Of a DNA stretch of 64,000 bases, positions 1 to 8,703 are shown piece by piece; position 1 is the first letter of the stretch; the number at the start of each line of letters is the position of its first letter. The position numbers were made by a program, and so were the translations under genes. The stretch comes from Candidatus Binatia bacterium (GTDB taxonomy: Bacteria > Desulfobacterota > Binatia > HRBIN30). The stretch spans positions 384,001 through 448,000 of the forward strand of contig JBBRSP010000001.1 of assembly GCA_038245295.1 (NCBI GenBank), in the 5' to 3' direction. Below the pieces are notes generated by a model, which saw only the letters and a program-made list of their open reading frames with translations, had not been told where the DNA came from and searched no databases.

Positions 1-170
1 GACGCGCAGGGGCACCCGGCACGCTCCCATATGGCTTTCCGAAGGCAGCGGGTGGGGGCCGCCTGGTGCGTATCGGGAACACTAACACGGTCGTCGAAGC
101 TGGCTCGACAAGTCGCCAACGGCGCAGGTTGAGCCGGCTTGGTCGGCGGTCAAACTCAGGAGGTAGGCAG

Positions 171-872
171 ATGGTTCACGCTCCACCCAGGTTCATGCAT
201 CGGCTCGCATCAGTCGCTCTGGTCTTGCTGTGCTTCACGCTCAGAGCAGAGGCGCAAGAAACGCCCACACCGGACCAATCGACCCCGACCGAAGTGGTCC
301 AGGAAACTCCAACGCCGACACCGGTCGACACTCTCGCTGCCGAAGACACCCCAACCGCCACGGAAACACCGCAAGAGCCAACCGCGACGCCAACCGATAC
401 ACCCGAAGAGGTTGCGACGGCCACCCCGGACGCCACCAACACTGCCGCCGCGACACCCACCGAGACACCAGCCGAAACGGCGATACCGGAAGGATCGGCG
501 ACGCCGGAAGAAACCGCCACGCCAACTCTCACCGCGCAGCCTACCGGCTCGGCGACGCCTAGCCCAACCGACGGAGAGCACACCGCAACACCAACCCCAA
601 CGGAAACGGCGGCAACAGCCACCGAGACCCCGGCGGAGACACCCACGGCGACGGCAACCCCGACCGAAGCGCTCCTGCCGTGCGCCGGCGACTGCGACTC
701 CTCCGGCACGGTGACCGTCGACGAACTGGTGCTGGCGATCAACATCGGCCTCGGCGAAACACCGCTCGCGGCGTGTGTCGTCGGCGACGTGGATGGCGAC
801 GGCCGGATCACCGTCGACGAAGTCATCACGGCGGTTGCGATTGCCTTGGATCCGCAGGGCTGCCCACACTAA
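171..872 (+). CDS. Secreted Thr/Pro/Glu-rich linker protein with C-terminal Cys-bracketed dockerin-like (paired EF-hand-like) module
   Basis: SD AGGAGGT before ATG171; signal peptide (LASVALVLLCFTLRAEA); long TP/ETP low-complexity tract; C-terminal CAGDCDSSGTVTVDEL...GDVDGDGRITVDEV...GCP. Confidence 0.8.
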   Translation: MVHAPPRFMHRLASVALVLLCFTLRAEAQETPTPDQSTPTEVVQETPTPTPVDTLAAEDTPTATETPQEPTATPTDTPEEVATATPDATNTAAATPTETPAETAIPEGSATPEETATPTLTAQPTGSATPSPTDGEHTATPTPTETAATATETPAETPTATATPTEALLPCAGDCDSSGTVTVDELVLAINIGLGETPLAACVVGDVDGDGRITVDEVITAVAIALDPQGCPH

Positions 873-880
873 ACCAGCGC

Positions 881-915
881 GACGGCACTGACGGAAGCAA
901 TCCGCCAGTGCCGTC
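881..915. terminator. GC-rich hairpin between convergent genes
   Basis: GACGGCACTGACGGA-AGCAA-TCCGCCAGTGCCGTC inverted repeat just after stop 872; no clear U-tract. Confidence 0.5.
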
Positions 916-1123
916 TGCGTGCCCGGTGTTCCAGCACGCGAACGGGGCGGCCAGGGCGAGGGCGCGCAGCGCGGCGGCCGGATCGGCCGGTGTCGGTGCG
1001 CAGCAGTCGGCCGGCGATCTTGTCGGGCACGACGTGATCCGTATCGGCGTCTCTAATGTCGTAATAGTCGCGAAAGGCCTCGATCCTCGGCAGGAATGGA
1101 ATATTCTTGTCGTGGGCTGCCGC

Positions 1124-1531
1124 TCAGTCGCCACGGACTGGAGCGCGCAGGGCCTTCGTCTCGCCGCGCACGCGTTTGTCGGCGAGCATCTTATCTTTGG
1201 AGCGCCGCGAGCGGCGCCGCTTCTGGCGTTTGACCTTGGCGATGCGTTCGGCTTCGGCGCTTTGCTTGCCGAGGATGGCGCGTTCGATCCTGTCGGTGAG
1301 CAGAACACGGGCGCGGTAGCGGTTGAGAGCCTGGGAGCGCTCTTCCTGGCATTTGACCATCGTGCCGCTGGGGCGATGCACCAAGACGACGCACGTCGCA
1401 ACTTTGTTGACGTTCTGCCCACCTTTGCCACCAGAGCGTATGAAGGTCTCGTCGACGTCGGCTTCTGAAATGCCGAAGCGTTCCATTCGATCGGCGAGCG
1501 CCTGGGCCTTGGCTGAGCTTACGGGAAACAT
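1124..1531 (-). CDS. Peptide chain release factor-like protein (RF-1 domain, ArfB/MTRFR-type ribosome rescue peptidyl-tRNA hydrolase)
   Basis: FIRSGGKGGQNVNKVAT GGQ motif, ERSQALNR motif, very basic C-terminal tail; no codon-recognition domains. Confidence 0.9.
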   Translation of the reverse strand: MFPVSSAKAQALADRMERFGISEADVDETFIRSGGKGGQNVNKVATCVVLVHRPSGTMVKCQEERSQALNRYRARVLLTDRIERAILGKQSAEAERIAKVKRQKRRRSRRSKDKMLADKRVRGETKALRAPVRGD

Positions 1532-1656
1532 GCGGCGGTTCTTCAAATCGACGGCTAGCAGTAGGTCTGCGGCCGTGAAAGGTGACGCCGCCCCGCGCCT
1601 CTTGCGTCGCTGATGTGGTGCGCCTAGTGGAAATGTGTCGGCACGTCCGGCAAAGT

Positions 1657-2676
1657 ATGACAGCGATGCGGCAAACCCTGCGAGAACTTACCCTGCGAGT
1701 GGCGTCCCTGGTCGGGCTCGGCTTCAGCACCCTGCTGGTGGCCGAGTATCAAGCGCCCTCCGCCGCCGCCTGCGCCCCGGGTGGCGGCTGTGGCATCGTT
1801 CGCCTGTCGGCATACTCGCATCTCTTTGGCATCCCGCTGCCAATCGTCGGAACGACCTTCTTTCTGGGCGTGCTGGCCATTGCCTCGGTGCCGCGCACGC
1901 GACGCTGGCTGCCTTTGATCGGGGCGCTGAGTGTTCTCGCCGGGCTGGTCTTCGTCGCCATCCAGGCGTTCGTGTTGCACGCCTTTTGTCCGCTTTGCTT
2001 GATGGTCGATGGCGCGGCGCTGCTTCTCGGCATTGCGGCGCTGACGAGCGGCGGATCCACAACGACTCGGCCAACGGTGCTGGGCGTGATGGCTCAGACG
2101 GTGGCAGCGCTGGCCGTCACGGTGGGCGCGGTTCTATGGCATGCGAACCAGACTCCATCAGACCTCCACGGCGAGCTCCCGGCGCTGGTGCAGATCGAAC
2201 AGAAGCCGAACGTCGTCACCATCGTCGAGTTTGTCGATTTCGAATGCCCCGCCTGTCGCGAACAGTACGGGCAGTTCTGCAATGTTCTGGGCGACTACCC
2301 TGGGACTATCAATGTTGTCGTCAAGAACATGCCGCTGTCGCAGCATCAACATGCCGAGGACGCGGCGCGCGCCTATTGCTGCGCTGCGGAGAACGGTGAC
2401 CCCCACGCGATGGCCGACCGCCTATTCGTCGCCGACAAGCTCGGTCCCGAAGACTGTGAGGATATCGCCGTCGACCTCGGCATGAACCGCGACGACTTTC
2501 GCCGCTGCGTTGACTCGCCGCAGGTAACGCAACGCCTCGATGCCGACCGCGAGGCGGCAAAGGATGCTGGAATCCGGGCTCTGCCGACGTTCTGGATCGG
2601 CACGGAGCGCTTCGAGGGCGTGCATGACGGGGCGGTGTTACGTTCGAGCATTGATCGCGCGCTGGGGCGTGGCTGA
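1657..2676 (+). CDS. Vitamin K epoxide reductase (VKOR)-DsbA/thioredoxin fusion protein
   Basis: VKOR loop cysteines CAPGGGC, SAYSHLFGIPL, CPLC in TM4; C-terminal EFVDFECPAC and GIRALPTF (cis-Pro loop). Start could be 1657 or 1666. Confidence 0.88.
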   Translation: MTAMRQTLRELTLRVASLVGLGFSTLLVAEYQAPSAAACAPGGGCGIVRLSAYSHLFGIPLPIVGTTFFLGVLAIASVPRTRRWLPLIGALSVLAGLVFVAIQAFVLHAFCPLCLMVDGAALLLGIAALTSGGSTTTRPTVLGVMAQTVAALAVTVGAVLWHANQTPSDLHGELPALVQIEQKPNVVTIVEFVDFECPACREQYGQFCNVLGDYPGTINVVVKNMPLSQHQHAEDAARAYCCAAENGDPHAMADRLFVADKLGPEDCEDIAVDLGMNRDDFRRCVDSPQVTQRLDADREAAKDAGIRALPTFWIGTERFEGVHDGAVLRSSIDRALGRG

Positions 2677-2711
2677 TCATTTCGTCGGATACGAAGCGGG
2701 CGGGGCTGGCA

Positions 2712-3590
2712 GTGCGACGCATCGGGGTCGATTTGGGCGGCACGAAGATCGAAGCCGTTGTGCTCGACGAAACGAACACGGTGCTGCTGCGCGAACGCCT
2801 GCCGACCGAAGCCGACAAGGGGTACGACCATATCCTGAATCAGATCCACGCTCTGGTGCAGCGTTGCCGTGCGGTGGTCCCGGCGGCGACTGCCATCGGC
2901 ATGGGAACGCCGGGATCGGTGTCGTCGCGCACCGGGGCGATGAAGAACTGTAACACGACTTGTTTGAACGACCGCTTCCTCTGGCAAGACCTGGAGGCGC
3001 GTTTGCAGATGACCGTGCGCATGGAGAATGACGCCAACCTCTTTGCCCTCGCCGAGGCGCATGCCGGAGCGGGGCAGGGGTATGATGTCGTTTTTGGCGT
3101 CATCATGGGTACGGGAGTCGGCGGTGGCATCGTCATCAACGGCAAGCTGCACCGCGGCCGTCAGTGCTTGGCCGGCGAGTGGGGGCATCACTGCTTGGAT
3201 CCATCCGGGCCGCGTTGTTACTGCGGCCAGTATGGTTGCGCCGAGATGTACCTCGCCGGGCCGGTGCTCGAGCGCCAGTACCGGGAGGCCCTGGGCCGCG
3301 AAACATCAACTGCCGAGTTGGTCGCCGCATATCGCCGCGGTGACAGTGCGGCGACCGAGATCATGAAGGAGTTCTTCCGCCGTTTCGGTCGCGCCGTCGC
3401 TAACGTCATCGCCATCCTCGACCCGGATGTCTTCGTGCTCGGCGGCGGCCTGTCGAATATCGACGAGCTCTACTCTTTCGGCCGCCAGTCCATCGGCGAG
3501 GTGATGTTCAACGACGAGTTCCGCACGCCCATCGTGCGCAACCAACTCGGCGACTCCGCCGGCGTCATCGGCGCGGCGTTGCTCGTCTGA
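2712..3590 (+). CDS. ROK family sugar kinase
   Basis: IGVDLGGTKI, ENDAN, GTGVGGG, GEWGH, CYCGQYGCAE zinc motif, LGGGLSN. Confidence 0.95.
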   Translation: MRRIGVDLGGTKIEAVVLDETNTVLLRERLPTEADKGYDHILNQIHALVQRCRAVVPAATAIGMGTPGSVSSRTGAMKNCNTTCLNDRFLWQDLEARLQMTVRMENDANLFALAEAHAGAGQGYDVVFGVIMGTGVGGGIVINGKLHRGRQCLAGEWGHHCLDPSGPRCYCGQYGCAEMYLAGPVLERQYREALGRETSTAELVAAYRRGDSAATEIMKEFFRRFGRAVANVIAILDPDVFVLGGGLSNIDELYSFGRQSIGEVMFNDEFRTPIVRNQLGDSAGVIGAALLV

Positions 3591-3602
3591 GCTTGGGGGC
3601 AC

Positions 3603-3670
3603 GCTTCGATGGGCTCAGCCTAAGCGGTTGATTGGACAGGGCGAAGCCGCGAGCTCGGCTCGTCGAAGGG
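3603..3670. repeat. Degenerate palindromic intergenic element (CTTCGAC..GCTCAG family)
   Basis: GCTTCGATGGGCTCAGCCTAAGCGG ... CCGCGAGCTCGGCTCGTCGAAG; the first arm matches minus-strand 5711-5738. Confidence 0.55.
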
Positions 3671-3675
3671 TCGGC

Positions 3676-4110
3676 TTAGAGCAATCTGATCAGCAGACTT
3701 ACCCACAACACGAGCAACACGAAGGTGCTGGCGAAGTACAGCGAGAAGCGCACCGGCACGTTGTTCGACGTGAGATGCACGAGGCTGTGTAGGTAGCGCA
3801 GCACGACGTATCCCCAGGCCAGGCCGATCATCCAGTAATTTACCTGGTTGGTGACGTAGGTCAGGATGACGCCGACGTAGAACAGCAGCGGCATTTCGAA
3901 CAGGTTGATGTAATGCCGCGACACCACCCTCAGCGCCTCGGGCTCCTGACCCTCGGGGTAGTCGCGATAGAACTCGGCGCTGATTTCCTTGTTGCGAATC
4001 GCCGCGAACCGCATGCTGCGAAGGCGCAGCAGCACCAAGCCGGTCAAGAAGAACATCGCGAAGATCGGGAAGAGAATCTGCGTCCGCGGATCGCCCGTCA
4101 TGCCCCCCAT
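3676..4110 (-). CDS. MAPEG family membrane protein
   Basis: Four hydrophobic helices, NLFEMPLLFY and RYLHSLVH motifs. Confidence 0.88.
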   Translation of the reverse strand: MGGMTGDPRTQILFPIFAMFFLTGLVLLRLRSMRFAAIRNKEISAEFYRDYPEGQEPEALRVVSRHYINLFEMPLLFYVGVILTYVTNQVNYWMIGLAWGYVVLRYLHSLVHLTSNNVPVRFSLYFASTFVLLVLWVSLLIRLL

Positions 4111-4133
4111 CCTTACAACGAACGCCCCGCCCG

Positions 4134-4158
4134 GGAAAAGGGGACAGGACCCTTTTCC
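4134..4158. repeat. Short palindrome (REP-like or terminator) downstream of the helicase
   Basis: GGAAAAGGG-GACAGGA-CCCTTTTCC. Confidence 0.55.
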
Positions 4159-4170
4159 ACCGCCTGGTGA

Positions 4171-5550
4171 TCAACGCGGCCGTTGGCGGCGTGGCGGTTG
4201 CGGGTGGCGGCTTGGCTCGGGGCCGCGGGGCCTGTCGGAGGGACCCGACTGTGGGCGCGGTCCGGAAGGCGCCGCCACTGGCTGCGGACCACTGCGGCGC
4301 GGCGCATCGGTGTGTGCGGCACGCCGTTCGGCGTTGGCTTTGGCACGAGCTCGCTCCGCTGCCTTGGTGGCACGGATCACGGCGATGCGTTCGGCGATCG
4401 GAATCTCGAGGCGCGTCTGCGGTCGGGCGTTGTAGTCGAAGTCGGGGACCACGACGCGTGGCAGGCGTTTGCCGACGGCGCGTTCGATACGCGTCAGGTC
4501 GCCTTCCTCTTCGCGCGACACGAAGGTGAAGGCTTCTCCCGTGGCATCCGCACGTCCGGTGCGGCCGACACGATGGATGTAATCTTCGGGCACTAGCGGC
4601 ACATCGAAGTTCACGACATGCTGCAGCGCCTCGATATCGATGCCGCGCGCCGCGATGTCGGTGGCGACCAGCACCTGGTACTTGCCGCCCTTGAAGCCGG
4701 CGAGGGCCTCGGTGCGCTGTGGCTGAGAGCGGCCGCCGTGGATACGCTCCGCCTTGATGCCCCTCTGCACCAGGTGCGCTTGCAGGCGGTTGGCGCGGTG
4801 CTTCGTGCGGGTGAAAGCCAACACCTCGCGGATTTCGCCGCGCTCGAGCAGGGTGAGAAGGAGGGCCGCCTTCAGCTCTTGTGGTACCGGGTAGACTGCT
4901 TGCGTAATGCCGACGGCTGGTGTCGAACGGCGCTCGCGGTTGATCGTTACCGGGTTATGCAACATCTCGTGCGCCAGGGTGGCGATCGGCGGCGGCATGG
5001 TGGCGCTGAAGAACAAGGTCTGGCGTTTGGTCGGGATGTGGCGCAGGACACGCCGGATGTCCGGTAGGAAACCCATATCGAGCATGCGGTCGGCTTCGTC
5101 CAGGACCAGGTACTCGAGGCCGAGAAGCTTCCCGTACGAAGCGCGGAAGTGATCGAGCAGACGACCAGGGCAGGCAACCAGGACATCGACGCCGCTACGG
5201 AACGCATGCTCCTGCGGACCCATGCCGACGCCGCCGAAGACGGCGGCCGCGGTGATCGGTGTATGGACCGCCAGATCGTTCAGGTCCTCGACGATCTGTG
5301 CTGCCAGCTCGCGCGTTGGGGTAAGCACCAAGGCGCGTGTCGTGCCGCGCGGTTTATCGAGTAAGCGCTGCAGGATGGGCAGGAGAAAGGCGGCGGTCTT
5401 GCCGCTGCCGGTGGTGGCACAGGCCAGAATGTCGCGACCTTCCAAGGCCGGCGGAATGGCGTCGGCTTGAATCGGCGTCGGACGGACGAAGCCGAGATCC
5501 TTTAGACCGTGGAGGAGGTTCGGGTGAAGGTTGAGTTTGGAGAACGGCAT
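4171..5550 (-). CDS. DEAD-box ATP-dependent RNA helicase (RhlE-like)
   Basis: Q motif PTPIQ, ATTGSGKT, PTRELA, DEAD, SAT, ARGIDI, HRVGRTGR; basic tail. Confidence 0.97.
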   Translation of the reverse strand: MPFSKLNLHPNLLHGLKDLGFVRPTPIQADAIPPALEGRDILACATTGSGKTAAFLLPILQRLLDKPRGTTRALVLTPTRELAAQIVEDLNDLAVHTPITAAAVFGGVGMGPQEHAFRSGVDVLVACPGRLLDHFRASYGKLLGLEYLVLDEADRMLDMGFLPDIRRVLRHIPTKRQTLFFSATMPPPIATLAHEMLHNPVTINRERRSTPAVGITQAVYPVPQELKAALLLTLLERGEIREVLAFTRTKHRANRLQAHLVQRGIKAERIHGGRSQPQRTEALAGFKGGKYQVLVATDIAARGIDIEALQHVVNFDVPLVPEDYIHRVGRTGRADATGEAFTFVSREEEGDLTRIERAVGKRLPRVVVPDFDYNARPQTRLEIPIAERIAVIRATKAAERARAKANAERRAAHTDAPRRSGPQPVAAPSGPRPQSGPSDRPRGPEPSRHPQPPRRQRPR

Positions 5551-5640
5551 ACGCTTCCTCGACTACCACCGATTGCATTGACACGCGAGGTGTGGAGGAT
5601 GACGGCGCCGTTCCGCAGCGCAGCGTTGGAGCCCCAACCG

Positions 5641-5776
5641 CGCAGGCTAAAGAGGCTCACCCCTCCACGAACTCGGGGCGAGTGCAGAACAAACTTTGAA
5701 ATCAACTAAGCAACCGCTCAGGCTGATTCTGTCGAAGCCGGCTCCGCAAGTTTTAAGACAGTCCCTTTAGCCTGCG
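5641..5776. repeat. Composite REP/MITE-like element with 12-bp terminal inverted repeats
   Basis: CGCAGGCTAAAG (5641) ... CTTTAGCCTGCG (5765-5776) enclosing a CTTCGAC-family arm. Confidence 0.55.
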
Positions 5777-5789
5777 TTGCGAAGTTTAC

Positions 5790-6431
5790 TCAGTGCGGCC
5801 GGCGTGTTGGTCGCGGTGGCCGTGGCACACGAGTCGGCCGCGGCGGGCGGCCATTGCCGGTGCTGCTGGTGAGGCAATCCCCCGGCGTCGTGCCGAAGCC
5901 AGGCGTGGCGTGCGACGAGCACGTGCAGTCGGCGCAGAACAGGGCTTCGTCGCCGAAGTCCTTCAGGCAACTCAATTCATCAATCTGATTGCCACACAGG
6001 TAGGGATGCGGGCCGGGACGCGAGGTATTGATACGGCAGCAACCGCGACGGGATAGGGGTGTCTGTGTTGCCGTTGCCGTTGGCGTCGCCGTAGCGGTAG
6101 CGGTACGCGTCGGCGTGGTCTGCGGGACGCATTCGCCGCGGTCGAAGGTGAAGCCGGGTTCACGATGCGACGAGCAATCACACTGCAGGCAGAAGTGTGC
6201 GCGGTTGCCGAACGAAGCAAAACAATCGGATTGCTTGATGCGGTTGCCGCAGATCGGTGCGTCGGTGCTCGAGGTGCCGTCGACCTGACAGCAACCCTCC
6301 GGTTCGGGAGTCGCGGTACGTGTGGGCGATACCGATGGGGTGGGCGTTTCCCGGTGCCGGTCGGCCGACGCTGCCGTTACAAGGCTGAGACTCACTCCCA
6401 CGATCACCGACAAGAATGCCGATTTGCTCAT
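5790..6431 (-). CDS. Secreted protein with two tandem 8-cysteine domains and TP linkers
   Basis: Purine-rich SD before ATG6431, signal peptide, two copies of GCC...CGNxI....C...FG..A.FCxxCxCSSH..PGF....GxC. Confidence 0.8.
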   Translation of the reverse strand: MSKSAFLSVIVGVSLSLVTAASADRHRETPTPSVSPTRTATPEPEGCCQVDGTSSTDAPICGNRIKQSDCFASFGNRAHFCLQCDCSSHREPGFTFDRGECVPQTTPTRTATATATPTATATQTPLSRRGCCRINTSRPGPHPYLCGNQIDELSCLKDFGDEALFCADCTCSSHATPGFGTTPGDCLTSSTGNGRPPRPTRVPRPPRPTRRPH

Positions 6432-6576
6432 CCCGACTCCCCTTCGTGCTCGCTGTCTACGTAGGTTGCGAGGCGCGTCGAAGTCAAGCCAATGATTGCA
6501 TCGCTTGGCACCTCTGGTCGGCGCCACGGAGTGGTGGGCTCGAACTCTAGGGGCACTTGGCCAAGAGAATGGCGAC

Positions 6577-6954
6577 CTACGAAACGATGTCGACGCCATA
6601 GCTTGCGAACTTTGTGTCTATCGTCACAACCGGAACGCGCAGTTGCTTCGCCGTCGCGATGATGAAGCGGTCGCAGGGGTCTCGGTGATGGAGAGGCAGC
6701 AACGCCGCCGCTGCGCAGAGGTTTGAATCGAGTCCAATCTCGGTCAGCGAGTAACGCTTGGCGACGCTTCGAACCCAGGCCTGGGGCTGGAGTGGCAACT
6801 CCAGTTTGTCGTCGCGCCACTTCAGGGCGATCTCAAACGCGCTGATGGAGCAAAACCAAAGCGTCTTGGCCTCGGCTATCCGTTTGCGAGCCCGGGCGCT
6901 CAGCCGCCGATCGCCGCTTGGCAGGAAGAGGAGGGCGCACGTGTCGAGAATCAT
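6577..6954 (-). CDS. vapC: Type II toxin, VapC/PIN domain
   Basis: MILDTCALL, SISAFEI, HRDPCDRFIIATA, VTID acidic PIN residues; ATGA overlap with antitoxin. Confidence 0.92.
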   Translation of the reverse strand: MILDTCALLFLPSGDRRLSARARKRIAEAKTLWFCSISAFEIALKWRDDKLELPLQPQAWVRSVAKRYSLTEIGLDSNLCAAAALLPLHHRDPCDRFIIATAKQLRVPVVTIDTKFASYGVDIVS

Positions 6955-7190
6955 CGCCGCATAGCCGGCCAATCCTTCTCGTCAATTTCTTCGATTGGGT
7001 CGTATTTGATGCGGATCTTGCCGAGCTTCGCATCCGGCGTGCGCCGCTCAATCGGTTGATGAGGGACGAGATCTGCCACCGGCTTGCCGTTGCGGCAGAT
7101 CACGATGCGAATCCCACGTTGCTCGATCTCAAGGAGCAGCCCCGACAGGTTGCTCTTGGCCTCGTGCACGTTGATCGTCTTCATGGGCAA
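6951..7190 (-). CDS. Type II antitoxin, Phd/YefM family
   Basis: MKTINVHEAKSNLSGLL...IVICRNGKPVADLVP; directly upstream of the PIN toxin. Confidence 0.92.
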   Translation of the reverse strand: MPMKTINVHEAKSNLSGLLLEIEQRGIRIVICRNGKPVADLVPHQPIERRTPDAKLGKIRIKYDPIEEIDEKDWPAMRR

Positions 7191-7211
7191 CGGTTAGCCC
7201 GCTTAGTCTAC

Positions 7212-7805
7212 TCAGTCAACAAACTCGCGTTCGGGCCTCTGCTGTTTGTACCAGGCGGCGTCAAAAATGGTTGCCCCCTTGGCCAGTCCCTTCTGCTCGA
7301 AACGTGTCAGCCCCATTCGCGGCGAACGGCGCTCGGGGTCGCGCCGCAGTGTAGGCACGGTGGCAGCAGATTTGACGATGTCGTTGAACACCCGTTCGAC
7401 GTCGGTGGCGACGTAGAGGTAGCTGCCGGGGATGAGGGCGCGCTCGATCGCTTGCGCGAAGGCAGGGATGAACAGGCGGCGATGGTGATGGCGGCGCTTC
7501 CACCACGGATCGGGGAAGTAGACGTGGATGGCTTGTACGCAGGCTTCGGGGAGCACGTTGGGGATGACGCACCCGGCATCGGCCCGGATGACGCGACCGT
7601 TCGGTAGGTTGCGCGCCTCGACCAGTTTTTGCAGCGACGTGGTTCGTGTCGTCGAGTGTTCGATGCCGAGGTAGTTGACGCCCGGGTTCGCCGAGGCCGC
7701 ACTCAAGAAGAACGTACCGGTACCGGGGCCGACTTCGATTTCCACCGGATTGGTGCTGCCGAAGAGCTCGGCCCAGAAAGACTTGGCGTCGATAGGTGCG
7801 TGCAT
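7212..7805 (-). CDS. trmB: tRNA (guanine-N7)-methyltransferase
   Basis: EIEVGPGTG, YLGIE, YFPDPWWKRRHHHRRL, ATD, TRFEQK motifs. Confidence 0.92.
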   Translation of the reverse strand: MHAPIDAKSFWAELFGSTNPVEIEVGPGTGTFFLSAASANPGVNYLGIEHSTTRTTSLQKLVEARNLPNGRVIRADAGCVIPNVLPEACVQAIHVYFPDPWWKRRHHHRRLFIPAFAQAIERALIPGSYLYVATDVERVFNDIVKSAATVPTLRRDPERRSPRMGLTRFEQKGLAKGATIFDAAWYKQQRPEREFVD

Positions 7806-7968
7806 AGGGATCCGTGCGATGTCCTCTTTTTCAAAGCTCGAATGGATGAGCCGCGGCTGGGAGGAGGTAGGCTGAGGGTTGTCGCTGCTCCCTATGGCTA
7901 GCCGAATAAAACCGCGCGCCGTCTCTCAAGAATCTCACTTCACCTTACAAGTCAGCGATCGCCATGGA

Positions 7969-8703
7969 TTATGACAACAACCGCCCGCCGTCGACGGGCA
8001 GCACGACACCCGTGATGTAGTCGTTGCGTGCCAGAAACAAGACTGCCTGCGCGATGTTGTCGGCGTTGCCGGCGCGCTTGAGCAGAGTACGGTTGATTTC
8101 GCGTTCACGCAGTTCCTCGGGATAACCTTCGGGAAACAGCACGGGGCCGGGGGCGATGGCGTTGACGCGCACATCCGGCGCCAACTCCTTCGCAAGGGTC
8201 TGCGTCAACGTCACGATCCCCGCTTTCGCGATGTTGTACGGCAGGTACTCGGCCCACGGGCGGAGGGCGGCGACATCGGCCATGGTGATGATGCTGCCGC
8301 GGCCCTGGGCCTTCATGTGCAGGCCAAACGCCTGCGCGCACAACCATGTTACGCGTAGATTATGGTCGATCATGTCGTTCCAATCGTCGTCCCCGAGGGT
8401 CGCCAACGGCGTGCGTCGGAAGGCACCGACGTTGGCGACCAGGAGATCGACCCGACCGAACTGCTCAACGGTTCGCTGTAGTAAGTGCTCAACCTCGGCG
8501 CGCTGGGTCAGATCGCCCTGCAGGCTGATTGCCCTGGCTCCGGCGGTGGTTGCCTGGCGCGCCGTTGTCAGCGCCTCGGCTTGTGCCGAGTTGTAGTGCA
8601 CGACAACGTCGAAGCCGTTGTGCGCGAGCAGAAGAACCGAGGCGGCGCCGAGACGTTTGCTCCCGGCGGTGACGACGGCCACAGGTTTGGTCGGATGGCT
8701 CAT
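7969..8703 (-). CDS. Short-chain dehydrogenase/reductase (pteridine reductase-like)
   Basis: VVTAGSKRLG, VVHYNS, YNIAK catalytic motif, VNAIAPG, VDGG; ATG8703 overlaps the pbpC stop (ATGA). Confidence 0.9.
   Translation of the reverse strand: MSHPTKPVAVVTAGSKRLGAASVLLLAHNGFDVVVHYNSAQAEALTTARQATTAGARAISLQGDLTQRAEVEHLLQRTVEQFGRVDLLVANVGAFRRTPLATLGDDDWNDMIDHNLRVTWLCAQAFGLHMKAQGRGSIITMADVAALRPWAEYLPYNIAKAGIVTLTQTLAKELAPDVRVNAIAPGPVLFPEGYPEELREREINRTLLKRAGNADNIAQAVLFLARNDYITGVVLPVDGGRLLS

Noticed and set aside
5790..6431. CxxCxCSSH as a heme c attachment site
   Set aside because: His does not directly follow a Cys, so it is not a CXnCH motif
6577..7190. vapBC as marker of a mobile or defence island
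   Set aside because: No integrase, transposase, att repeats or other defence genes adjacent; looks like a solitary chromosomal TA pair
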